Positions 17,681-26,063 of a DNA stretch of 64,000 bases are shown here, piece after piece. The DNA comes from an uncultured Methanosarcinales archaeon. Lineage in GTDB: Archaea; Nanobdellota; Nanobdellia; Woesearchaeales; GW2011-AR9. Within the stretch, counting starts at the first letter, position 1. Every line of letters begins with the position of its first letter. The stretch is taken from the NCBI GenBank assembly GCA_964510085.1, contig CAZEAB010000003.1:18276-82275 (forward strand). The letters are read 5' to 3'. The notes below the pieces were generated by a model. That model saw only the letters and a list, made by a program, of their open reading frames with translations, did not search any database and was not told the origin of the DNA. The position numbers and the translations under genes are program-made.

Positions 17681-18712
17681 ATGTTTTTTCATCCAAATCT
17701 TATGTTAGCAGCGTTTACAGAATTAAAGAATGCAGAAAAAGTAAAAGATTTTCTTATAAAAAAGAAACTCATGCATCTAGATTACAACCCTGTCCGAGAA
17801 CTAGATTACCTCTATTTTCCTATAATAAAGAAAGTTAAAGTACCTAAAGCTAAAGTTGTAAACACAAAATTCACATTTCCAATGAAGCAAAAGAAACAAA
17901 CCATCACTTCTCTTCTACAAAAGAAACTTACACAAAAGCAAATAAATTTACTTCCAAGATCTCAGGAAATTGTGGGTTCAATTATGATTCTTGAAGTTCC
18001 AAATGAATTAACTGTAAAAGAGAAATTAATTGCAAACGCATATCTTAAACTAAATAAAAATATTACAACAGTTGTAAAAAAATCCAAAATGCATTCAGGT
18101 ATATTCAGAACAAGGAAAGTTAAGATTTTGGCAGGAAAAAGATCCAAAGAAACAATTCATAAGGAAAGTGGTGTTCAATTAAAACTTCATTTAGAAAAAA
18201 CATATTTTTCTGCTAGATCTGGAAATGAAAGATTACGTATAGCAAAACAAGTTAAAAAAGGGGAAAAAGTTCTTGTAATGTTCTCTGGAGCAGCTCCATT
18301 TCCATTAGTTATTGGAAAGCATTCAAACGCAAAAGAAGTGTATGGTGTTGAAATGAATCCCCTTGCACATAGGTTTGCGGTTGATAATGTAATATTAAAC
18401 AAATTGGAAGGAAAAGTTATAATTGTAGAAGGAGATGTGAAAGTAATCCTTCCAAAACTACGGAAAAAGTTTGACAGAATTGCAATGCCTCTTCCAAAGA
18501 CAGGGGAAGAATTTTTACCTCTTGCATTATCAAGGAGTAGAAAAGGAACAATCATTCACTTATACTCATTTTTATCTGATACAGAGATTAGAGCATATAC
18601 AAAAAAGATTAAAGAAATAAGCAAAAACAAAGTAAAGGTGTTACGTAAAGTTAAATGTGGCCAGTTTTCACCAAGTGTACATCGTGTTTGTTTTGATTTG
18701 AAAGTTGTGTAG
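17681..18712 (+). CDS. trm5: tRNA (guanine37-N1)-methyltransferase Trm5 (Met-10+ like)
   Basis: SAM-MTase core 'VLVMFSGAAPFPLVIG..VYGVEMNPLAHRF..'. Confidence 0.8.
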   Translation: MFFHPNLMLAAFTELKNAEKVKDFLIKKKLMHLDYNPVRELDYLYFPIIKKVKVPKAKVVNTKFTFPMKQKKQTITSLLQKKLTQKQINLLPRSQEIVGSIMILEVPNELTVKEKLIANAYLKLNKNITTVVKKSKMHSGIFRTRKVKILAGKRSKETIHKESGVQLKLHLEKTYFSARSGNERLRIAKQVKKGEKVLVMFSGAAPFPLVIGKHSNAKEVYGVEMNPLAHRFAVDNVILNKLEGKVIIVEGDVKVILPKLRKKFDRIAMPLPKTGEEFLPLALSRSRKGTIIHLYSFLSDTEIRAYTKKIKEISKNKVKVLRKVKCGQFSPSVHRVCFDLKVV

Positions 18713-18815
18713 GCCAAATGAAAAGAAAATCTACACAAGTTTTATAATGAATTTAGTTTCTTATATGCATCAGAGAAACAAGAGGTTCTCAAAGATCTAA
18801 TTGATCGGGAATGTA

Positions 18816-18887
18816 ATGTGCGATGATGTACGTGAACACCAACTGAGCTTCGGCAATGATGAGCGGTAGTAACTTGCTAGCACACAT
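18816..18887 (+). ncRNA. Candidate C/D-box sRNA (imperfect terminal D box)
   Basis: ATGTG-C-GATGATGT (C-like), 13-16-nt spacer, CTGA (D'), GC-TTCG-GC mini-hairpin, AAT-GATGA (perfect C'), 14-nt spacer, CTAG (D-like, not CTGA), CACAT closing the 5' ATGTG. Confidence 0.35.
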
Positions 18888-18896
18888 AGATCCACC

Positions 18897-19301
18897 ATGA
18901 AACCAACTATAGCAAAAACAAAAGAAGATATTCTTCAAGTCATTGCACTACGTAGATCTGTGTTAGTAAACGAATTCCAATTTTCTCGATATCAAGATGA
19001 ACCAGACTATTACGACTTTACTTCAACAATATATATCATAAAAAATGATAATAATAAAGTAATTGGAACCGTACGTGTACGATCAGATACAAATAGATTA
19101 CAAAGAGTTGCTATCCACCCAAAGTATAGAAAAACAGGTGTTGGCTCAACATTATTAAAACATGCTATTGAGAAACACAAAGAACTTTATGTGATGGCAC
19201 CTGAAGAAACAATTCCATTTTATGAAAAGCATGGGTTTAATATTACTGGAGAAAAAAAGAGGGGAAAACATCACTTATATTATAGAATGCAGAATTTCTA
19301 A
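18897..19301 (+). CDS. GNAT family N-acetyltransferase
   Basis: 'RVAIHPKYRKTGVGSTLLKHAI' acetyl-CoA binding motif. Confidence 0.85.
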   Translation: MKPTIAKTKEDILQVIALRRSVLVNEFQFSRYQDEPDYYDFTSTIYIIKNDNNKVIGTVRVRSDTNRLQRVAIHPKYRKTGVGSTLLKHAIEKHKELYVMAPEETIPFYEKHGFNITGEKKRGKHHLYYRMQNF

Positions 19302-20509
19302 CCAAACAAACCCTGATGCACTTCTTCCTGTTCTTCTTCAACTTTAACTTTAATGATTGCACTCATAAAATCTTCTTCAGTAACAGAACTTCTATTGTCT
19401 CTAATAGCAAAATAACCCGCTTCAGTACATATTGCTCTTATCTCAGCACCACTGCATCCACTCATTTCTTTTGCAATATTTTTTGAATTCACTTTAGATA
19501 AATTCATATTTCTTGTATGAACTTTTAAGATTTCAATAATTCCCTTATCTGTTGGCAATCCTACCTCAATTAATCGGTCTAATCTTCCTGGCCGGATAAT
19601 CGCTCTATCTAAAATATCTAATCTGTTTGTTGCACCAATAATCTTTACATCATCTAATGCTTTAAATCCATCAAGTTCTGCAAGTAATTGCATAAATGTT
19701 CTATTAACTTCTCTTTCACCAGAAGTTCCAGTATCCATCCTCATTGCTGCAAGTGCGTCAATTTCATCAATAAAAACAATCGCAGGAGATTTAGTTCGTG
19801 CAAGCGCAAAGATTTCTTTCACTAACTTTGCACCTTCACCAATAAATTTTTGTACTAACTCGGAACCCACTACCTCAATAAACGTTGCATTGGTACTATG
19901 TGCAACAGCTTTTGCCAATAACGTTTTTCCAGTTCCAGGTGGACCATATAACAAAACACCCTTTGGAGGTTTGATTCCAACATCTTTAAACAACTTTGGT
20001 TTCTTCAAAGGTAATTCAATAACTTCTTTAACTTCTTGAATAACATTCCGTAAACCACCTACCTCCTTCCAACTTTCTTGTGGTTTCTCGACGATAACAT
20101 ATTTTTCAACTTCTAAACTGTCACCTAATTCCACACGATGAATTACATTTAATGATTTTTGATCAACAAGAACTGCATCACCTGCTTGTAACTTTTCTAC
20201 ATCTTGTGAAACGTAACTATAAAATTTATTTCCATTTGGAAGTTTAATAATTGCTTTGTTTTCTGGAAGCAAATTTACAAGATCTGCAACTAATAAAGAA
20301 GGTTTCCGCAAGTTGTTTAATTCGTTTGTTGTGCTATTAAAAAGTTCACGCAACATTACCGCTTCTTCCTCTATTCTTTGGAAAGATTTTGCCAACGTTT
20401 TATTTTCTAATTCAACTTTTTCTAACGCTTCTGCAAGTGCTTGATTTTCTAACTCCATGTCACGTAAGGGAATAGTTTCAGAGTACACAACTTTTTTGTT
20501 TTCTTCCAT
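19298..20509 (-). CDS. pan: Proteasome-activating nucleotidase (AAA+ ATPase)
   Basis: N-terminal coiled coil, OB region, Walker A GPPGTGKT, Walker B IVFIDEID, second region of homology. Confidence 0.93.
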   Translation of the reverse strand: MEENKKVVYSETIPLRDMELENQALAEALEKVELENKTLAKSFQRIEEEAVMLRELFNSTTNELNNLRKPSLLVADLVNLLPENKAIIKLPNGNKFYSYVSQDVEKLQAGDAVLVDQKSLNVIHRVELGDSLEVEKYVIVEKPQESWKEVGGLRNVIQEVKEVIELPLKKPKLFKDVGIKPPKGVLLYGPPGTGKTLLAKAVAHSTNATFIEVVGSELVQKFIGEGAKLVKEIFALARTKSPAIVFIDEIDALAAMRMDTGTSGEREVNRTFMQLLAELDGFKALDDVKIIGATNRLDILDRAIIRPGRLDRLIEVGLPTDKGIIEILKVHTRNMNLSKVNSKNIAKEMSGCSGAEIRAICTEAGYFAIRDNRSSVTEEDFMSAIIKVKVEEEQEEVHQGLFG

Positions 20510-20643
20510 TTTTTATCTAAAAACCGTTTTACTTTTTAAAACTATGCGCAAGTTTGTAATTTTTTTCTTGTAAACAAAGTTAACAAAAGGAAATGTTTAA
20601 AAAGGAAAATAACTTTTCTAAAAGTGAAAACCCAAAGAGGTGA

Positions 20644-21189
20644 ATGATGATGGCTAAGAAGGCTACAAAAAAGAAAACGACTAAGCGGAAGACAACGAGG
20701 AAAAAGTCAACTGCGCGGAAGAAAACTACAAAAAGAAAGTCCACTGCTAAAAAGACTACAAAGAAAAAAGCAACAACACGTAAAAAAGCAGTGAAAAAGA
20801 AAGCAGCAACCAAACGGAAAGCTGCAGTAAAGAAGCGAGCGACTAAGAAAAAGACGACTAAGAAGAAAACAACTAAGCGGAAGGCTACAAAGAAGAAAGC
20901 ACCTGCAAAGAAAAAATCTACTAAGCGTTCAACCGCAGCAAAGAAAGCAGCGGCAACTCGAAAGAGAAAGTCAAACGCGCGAAGTAGAGCAGCTACCAAA
21001 GCAGCAGCAACTCGGAAGCGAAAAGCAACCAAGAGAAAAGCAGCAGGTAAAAAGGCAGCAGCAACCCGAAAGAGAAAAACAGCAGTTCGAAGAAAAGCTG
21101 GTAAGAAAGCAGCAGCAACTAAGAAGAGAAAAACTGCAGTTCGAAGAAAAGCGGGTAAAAAAGCAGCTCGAACAAGAAAGAGGAAATAA
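20644..21189 (+). CDS. Histone H1/HC1-like Lys/Ala/Thr/Arg-rich basic protein
   Basis: 181 aa made almost entirely of K/R/A/T. AGAGGTGA SD before ATG. The 3' half consists of 54-nt (18-aa) tandem units. Confidence 0.65.
   Translation: MMMAKKATKKKTTKRKTTRKKSTARKKTTKRKSTAKKTTKKKATTRKKAVKKKAATKRKAAVKKRATKKKTTKKKTTKRKATKKKAPAKKKSTKRSTAAKKAAATRKRKSNARSRAATKAAATRKRKATKRKAAGKKAAATRKRKTAVRRKAGKKAAATKKRKTAVRRKAGKKAARTRKRK
20947..21189 (+). repeat. Coding tandem repeat, 54-nt period, about 4.5 units
   Basis: Units at 20947, 21001, 21055, 21109 and 21163 (partial), each starting GCAGC(A/G)GCAAC. They encode AAATRKRK-x6-8-KK. Confidence 0.9.
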
Positions 21190-21223
21190 TTTTTTATTTT
21201 TTTATTTTACTATTTTTTACGTT

Positions 21224-23167
21224 TTAAGAAAACCATCCAATCAACTTATTAAAAAAGAATATCACCGATTCTCCAAATGAAGAACTCTCGCCTTCAACAA
21301 TAACAATCTGTTCTTGAGAAAACTGTTTACCAGTATTGTCCTTCCATTCTACTGAAACAATAAACTCATTTGATGAACTTAATGGAAAGTCTTCTAAATT
21401 CATATTAATTTTATGATTATCGTCTAATGAAGCAATGTCCCATGTTTGTACAAAACTAGGTCCATTAATTGAAACAAGAAGATCTTTAGGTGTTTGAAAA
21501 GATTCTTTTGTTAATAACACTTCGATTCTAAAATGTTCTTTAAGTTTAACACTTTTTGGTGCAACTACTTGCATGTTGATAGTAGGTTTATCTAATACTC
21601 GGTACGATAATGCATCTTTCTTCTCTACTTCCTCACTTTCAATACTCACAACAACACTTTGCCACCCAATTTCTTTTGCAGTAACTTTAATACTCGTAGA
21701 AACACCTTTCCCAATATCAATATCTACATTCTCACAAACTGTGTTTAAACAATAACTCGCATCTCGTATTGGTATGCTACCTTTGTTCAAAGCATCACAT
21801 GTAAATTCTCCTTGTTCTCCTTTGTATAATTCATCAGGAAATTCACAATCAAAGACAATTTTACGTGAATAACTTTTATCTTCATCTGAAACTGTTACTC
21901 TTTCAATATCATTTTTTGAATATATCTCTCCATTTCTCTCAACTTTAAACTCATCTCTGATAGTTTTATTTTGTTCAGAATAAATTAATGTGGGGAAGGT
22001 GTATACATATCTTTTTTGCAAATTTTCTGGAATTTTTAGTACCCAAAATGTTTCCTTAACTTCTTTCGGACCGAGTAAGATATTACGTCTATTTCTTCCA
22101 ATTACTTCAATTTCTGGTGGAACAGCAATGTTTAATGCAGTAGCAGCATAGTAATTCTCATTATTTTTTACAATCCCTTTTACATAATTATAACTTCCAA
22201 AACCAACATTATTAGAGAGAATTTCTTGTTCCAATAAAATCTGTTCTTCATTTTGAGTTCCCTCATTTTCTAACCTGATATCAAAATCAATTTCTTGTGG
22301 TGCAAGTTTAACGTTTTTTCCAGTCCATTGAAATTTTGTTGCAGGATCTTGTGGATCAAATCCATCACGAAGTTTAATGTGGGTTACATCTACATACCCA
22401 TATTGGTTAAAAGTAACATCAAAACCAACCCATCCAATCTCAGGGAAATACACTTCCGCCCATCCGTGCGGTTGCCAATTCTCATTAAACAAATCGGAAG
22501 TAGTGTAACTAATTCCAGAAACGAATCGTGCAGGTACACCAACAGATCTTGCCATTGCTACAAATAAAGACGTCATTTCATCACATACACCTCGTCTTTC
22601 CTTAAGAACCCAGCTCGCTTTTTGAGATGTAGATGCAGTTAGTGTCGTTAAATCATATTCAATATTCTCTTCAGTCCAACTTGCTAATTTAAACACAGCT
22701 TTAAACAAATCATCTTCCCCTTTCACTAATTCTTGCGCTTTCTTCACAATTTCTGGATTAGTTGAATCAATAGAATCAGTCGGCTTAAGATATTCTTCAA
22801 AACCTTTCACACTTGTAAGAGGAAACGCAATCCTATTTTTTACAGGTCTTCTCACATTCTTTGTTTTAATACTTGCAGTGTAACGGAAATCTTTAGATTC
22901 AATCTTCCCATCTTTCCACGTAAAAACTACATTATCTCCTTCAATTGAACCTTTGTGGTTTATATCAAGAACATCTTGCCTAAAATCTTCTTCTGGGAAT
23001 AATAAGAATCTTGCTTCTGTTTCTGTAATACTAGCACTTCCGCTTTCTGCAATTAAATCAAACCCACTTTCAACATCTAACTCGATTTGTAAAGAATCTT
23101 GTTGATAAAGGTTTGCAGATACGGAGAAACTAACTATTATTAACATTAGCAACAAAATTTTTTTCAT
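21224..23167 (-). CDS. Large secreted transglutaminase-like protein
   Basis: Signal peptide, then a Cys-His-Asp core: 'RRGVCDEMTSLFVAMARSVGVPARFVSG' .. 'HGWAEVYFPEIGWVGFDVT'. Confidence 0.8.
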   Translation of the reverse strand: MKKILLLMLIIVSFSVSANLYQQDSLQIELDVESGFDLIAESGSASITETEARFLLFPEEDFRQDVLDINHKGSIEGDNVVFTWKDGKIESKDFRYTASIKTKNVRRPVKNRIAFPLTSVKGFEEYLKPTDSIDSTNPEIVKKAQELVKGEDDLFKAVFKLASWTEENIEYDLTTLTASTSQKASWVLKERRGVCDEMTSLFVAMARSVGVPARFVSGISYTTSDLFNENWQPHGWAEVYFPEIGWVGFDVTFNQYGYVDVTHIKLRDGFDPQDPATKFQWTGKNVKLAPQEIDFDIRLENEGTQNEEQILLEQEILSNNVGFGSYNYVKGIVKNNENYYAATALNIAVPPEIEVIGRNRRNILLGPKEVKETFWVLKIPENLQKRYVYTFPTLIYSEQNKTIRDEFKVERNGEIYSKNDIERVTVSDEDKSYSRKIVFDCEFPDELYKGEQGEFTCDALNKGSIPIRDASYCLNTVCENVDIDIGKGVSTSIKVTAKEIGWQSVVVSIESEEVEKKDALSYRVLDKPTINMQVVAPKSVKLKEHFRIEVLLTKESFQTPKDLLVSINGPSFVQTWDIASLDDNHKINMNLEDFPLSSSNEFIVSVEWKDNTGKQFSQEQIVIVEGESSSFGESVIFFFNKLIGWFS

Positions 23168-23245
23168 ATAGATATTCTATTGCATATGTATATAAACATT
23201 TCTTGAAACCCAAATCCTTATATACAAAAAAATAATACCACTCCT

Positions 23246-23779
23246 ATGGATAACGCTATTGCATTACTTGAAAACGACTTAAAAAGTGCTGTTGCAATTC
23301 AATTAGTTCGTAACAGATTTTCTATTATAGCAGTACATTTTGGAGAACAGAAAGAAGAAATTGTTGATCTTGCACATAGATTGGGTGTTCGTTACATTTA
23401 TTTTATTCCATTTGAAGATTATGAAGACGTTTTACTTAATAAATTAGCAATGATGAAAATGGCAGAATTCGTTGCAGATAAAGAAAACGCAAAAGCCATT
23501 ATTACGGGAGAACATATCCCATTAATTGCAAGTAATCATCTTGAAGCAACAAAAATAATTAATACTCAATTAAACAAAACTGTTGTGCGGCCAGTATTTA
23601 GTTTAACAGAAGAGGAAGTGCTACGAATTGCCAATGAAAATGAACTTCCTCCCATGAAAATTTCTCCTTCATTAGATTTAGTAAATCAGAATACAGATAA
23701 TGCTATCTCAAAAATACGTAAAATAATCCCCCTTCTTCACGAAAACTTAAAAAACTCCCAGGTAATTGAAGTATCATGA
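23246..23779 (+). CDS. ThiI-like adenine-nucleotide alpha-hydrolase domain protein with degenerate PP-loop
   Basis: '[23 protein letters not shown]' aligns with ThiI 'LLSGGIDSPVA..ALHF', but SGGxDS is lost. '[16 protein letters not shown]' and '[13 protein letters not shown]' match the ThiI C-terminal half. No THUMP domain. ATGA overlap with cysS. Confidence 0.55.
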   Translation: MDNAIALLENDLKSAVAIQLVRNRFSIIAVHFGEQKEEIVDLAHRLGVRYIYFIPFEDYEDVLLNKLAMMKMAEFVADKENAKAIITGEHIPLIASNHLEATKIINTQLNKTVVRPVFSLTEEEVLRIANENELPPMKISPSLDLVNQNTDNAISKIRKIIPLLHENLKNSQVIEVS

Positions 23780-24489
23780 AAATATTTAATACATTATCTC
23801 AGAAAAAGGAGACATTTAAACCATTAGGAAAAACAGTAAATTATTACCAATGTGGTCCCACGGTTTATTTGTATGCACATATCGGAAATTTACGTAGTTA
23901 CATCTTTGGTGATATCCTTAAGAGAACACTCTTATTTAATGATTATAAAGTAAAACATGTAATGAACATAACTGATGTAGGCCATTTAACATCTGATGCA
24001 GATTCTGGTGAAGATAAGATGTTGAAAGGAGCGAAACGTGAAAAGAAAACAGTATGGGAAATCGCGGAATTTTATACAAATGCGTTCAAAGAAGATATCT
24101 CCAAATTAAATATTATCTCTCCTTCTATTTGGTGTAAAGCAACAGACCATATTAAAGAACAAATTGATATGATTACTCTATTAGAGAAGAAAGGATTTAC
24201 TTATACTTCGGGAGGTAATGTCTACTTTGATACTACCAAATTAAAAGATTATGGGAAGTTAGCTAGATTAGATTTGAAAGCTTCAATGAAATCTAGAGTA
24301 AAAAAAGATGTTAACAAGAAAAACCCACATGATTTTGTTCTGTGGTTTACAAAATCTAAATTTGACAAGCAGGAGATGAAATGGGATTGTGTTCTTGACA
24401 TGACTTTAACCGATGAAGAATATGAGAGTTTAAAGAAAGAAGCCAAACTTAACAAAAATCTAGACATCTTGGAGGTCGAAGATGTCTAA
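23776..24489 (+). CDS. cysS: Cysteinyl-tRNA synthetase, N-terminal fragment
   Basis: '[19 protein letters not shown]' (zinc Cys + HIGH), NITDVGH, '[14 protein letters not shown]'. It then diverges into a non-CysRS 33-aa tail ([33 protein letters not shown]) and a stop. Confidence 0.9.
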   Translation: MKIFNTLSQKKETFKPLGKTVNYYQCGPTVYLYAHIGNLRSYIFGDILKRTLLFNDYKVKHVMNITDVGHLTSDADSGEDKMLKGAKREKKTVWEIAEFYTNAFKEDISKLNIISPSIWCKATDHIKEQIDMITLLEKKGFTYTSGGNVYFDTTKLKDYGKLARLDLKASMKSRVKKDVNKKNPHDFVLWFTKSKFDKQEMKWDCVLDMTLTDEEYESLKKEAKLNKNLDILEVEDV

Positions 24490-25310
24490 AGATTTTTGCA
24501 AAAGCGGTTGTGGCAACAAAGCTACTCATAAAGGATGGTGTAAGATAAAATGGAGGTCTGGTAATAAGTTCGGTGTTGCATGTCCGATTGTTGAGAAGAA
24601 AAGAGGAAGATCTATCTCAAGATTTAGATTAGAAGAAGCGAAATTAGGTAAGAACCCAATGCAAAATCCAGAAATCTGTCGGAAAAATCATTCTCCAGAA
24701 CGAAATAGGAAAGCTGCTGAAAGCTTAAAGAAACTAGGAAGTATGGGTTTGTTACCTCAGCAAACTGAAAGTGAGGAACTCAAGGAAAGAAGAAGAATCA
24801 GGAATCAAAAGGCACTTCAAAAACTGTGGAAGGAAGGGAAACATCCATTACAGTCTAAATCTAAAAAAGAATTTGAACGTATTAAAAGAAAGATATCAAA
24901 AACTTTATCTTTAGGGATAATTGAAGGTAAAATAAAACCATCTTATGGCGGAAAAAGAGTTTCTTATAAAAATTTAATATTGAGATCAACATGGGAGAAG
25001 GAAGTAGCTCAATTTTTAGATAAGAATAATATTAAATGGGAGTATGAGAATATGATTATACCCTATTACGACATAGAAAGAAATGTGGTGGCAAATACAA
25101 TCCCAGACTTTTATTTACCTGAATTTAATGTTGTGATTGAGGTAAAAGGAAGAGGGTATGATTCTCTTCAAACAAAAGATAAAATGGAAGCAATTTCCGC
25201 GCTTGGCTACAATACTTTTTTATTTGGTGAAACTCATATGAAACGTATTAGGCACGACGATCAGAGAATAATCAAAGCTATTAAAAATGAAAAAAATTAA
25301 AGTAAAATTA
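24388..25310 (+). mobile_element. Homing-endonuclease gene insertion splitting cysS (boundaries approximate)
   Basis: CysRS similarity stops after codon D (24387) and resumes at about 25311 (IGYPGWHLECS), in a different frame. The interval is filled by the endonuclease-like ORF and its GGAGGT SD. Confidence 0.7.
24482..25300 (+). CDS. Free-standing homing-endonuclease-like protein (Cys/His N-terminus, 2x NUMOD3-like, C-terminal PD-(D/E)XK nuclease)
   Basis: NUMOD3-like '[29 protein letters not shown]' and '[24 protein letters not shown]'. Nuclease-like '[21 protein letters not shown]...[17 protein letters not shown]'. Overlaps both cysS fragments. Confidence 0.7.
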   Translation: MSKDFCKSGCGNKATHKGWCKIKWRSGNKFGVACPIVEKKRGRSISRFRLEEAKLGKNPMQNPEICRKNHSPERNRKAAESLKKLGSMGLLPQQTESEELKERRRIRNQKALQKLWKEGKHPLQSKSKKEFERIKRKISKTLSLGIIEGKIKPSYGGKRVSYKNLILRSTWEKEVAQFLDKNNIKWEYENMIIPYYDIERNVVANTIPDFYLPEFNVVIEVKGRGYDSLQTKDKMEAISALGYNTFLFGETHMKRIRHDDQRIIKAIKNEKN

Positions 25311-26063
25311 ATCGGATATCCTGGCTGGCACTTAGAATGTTCTGCAATGGCTTCTAAATATCTAGGGAAGCAGTTTGACATTCATTGTGGTGGAATTGAC
25401 CACATATCTGTACACCATACAAACGAAATAGCACAATCAGAAGCAGCCCATGGAAAGAAATGGGTAAAATATTGGATGCATAACGAATTTCTTGTGTTGA
25501 GTAAGGGAGAAAAAATGGCCAAATCTGGAGATAACTTTTTGACGTTATCTGTATTAGAAGATAAAGGCTATTCTCCATTAGATTACCGATACTTCTGTTT
25601 AGGAACACATTACAGAAATCCGTTAATGTTCTCATTTAAAGCACTTGATTCAGCTAGAATTGCACGTAAGAAGTTATTTGATCGAGTTCTATCATTAAAA
25701 GGAAGTAAACATACTAAGGACCATAAAACCGGAAGAAAGTATGCAAAACAATTTACTGCAGAGATTAACGACGATTTAAACACTCCTAAGGCACTTGCAG
25801 TGATGTGGGACGTTTTGAAGAGTGATTTATCTGATCATGTAAAGTATTTATTATTATTAGAATTTGACAAAGTCCTTGGATTTAATTTAGGAAGTTTAAA
25901 GAAAGTAGAAGTTCCAGAATCTGTAACTAAATTAGCAGAGGAACGGTTAGTAGCTCGTAACGCTAAGGACTGGAAGAAGTCTGATAAGTTACGTTCAAAG
26001 ATAGAGAAGTTAGGATATAGTATAGCAGATACGAAGGATGGTTATGAGGTTAAAAAGGATTAA
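25287..26063 (+). CDS. cysS: Cysteinyl-tRNA synthetase, C-terminal fragment
   Basis: 'GYPGWHLECSAM', 'HHTNEIAQSE' (zinc His/Glu), KMSKS variant 'KMAKSGDN', and anticodon-binding-domain motifs. ATG 25287 lies inside the endonuclease ORF. Confidence 0.9.
   Translation: MKKIKVKLIGYPGWHLECSAMASKYLGKQFDIHCGGIDHISVHHTNEIAQSEAAHGKKWVKYWMHNEFLVLSKGEKMAKSGDNFLTLSVLEDKGYSPLDYRYFCLGTHYRNPLMFSFKALDSARIARKKLFDRVLSLKGSKHTKDHKTGRKYAKQFTAEINDDLNTPKALAVMWDVLKSDLSDHVKYLLLLEFDKVLGFNLGSLKKVEVPESVTKLAEERLVARNAKDWKKSDKLRSKIEKLGYSIADTKDGYEVKKD

Noticed and set aside
20580-21032. 150-aa minus-strand ORF (Phe/Ala/Val-rich) antisense to the basic protein gene
   Set aside because: It is the mirror image of an AAG/AAA/GCA-rich coding repeat. 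It has no SD or TATA box, and its composition is implausible. The + strand ORF has a strong SD.
20947-21189. CRISPR-like regular repeats
   Set aside because: The units are contiguous 54-nt coding repeats with no spacers, lying inside an ORF. No repeat-spacer array occurs anywhere in the window.
24388-25310. Intein in CysRS (the residue after the last CysRS-like codon is Cys, in 'CVLDMTLT', reminiscent of intein block A)
   Set aside because: The insert is not one in-frame ORF. There is a stop at 24487-24489 and three different frames. No ..HN followed by Cys/Ser/Thr occurs at the downstream junction, and no LAGLIDADG/HNH intein-type endonuclease is present.
24388-25310. Group I or bulge-helix-bulge intron carrying the endonuclease gene
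   Set aside because: Only about 95 nt upstream and about 10 nt downstream of the endonuclease ORF are non-coding, which is too little for a group I core. I could not draw a 3-4-3 BHB across the junctions. The 'SPWG' codons are missing in all frames. This cannot be fully excluded without cDNA.
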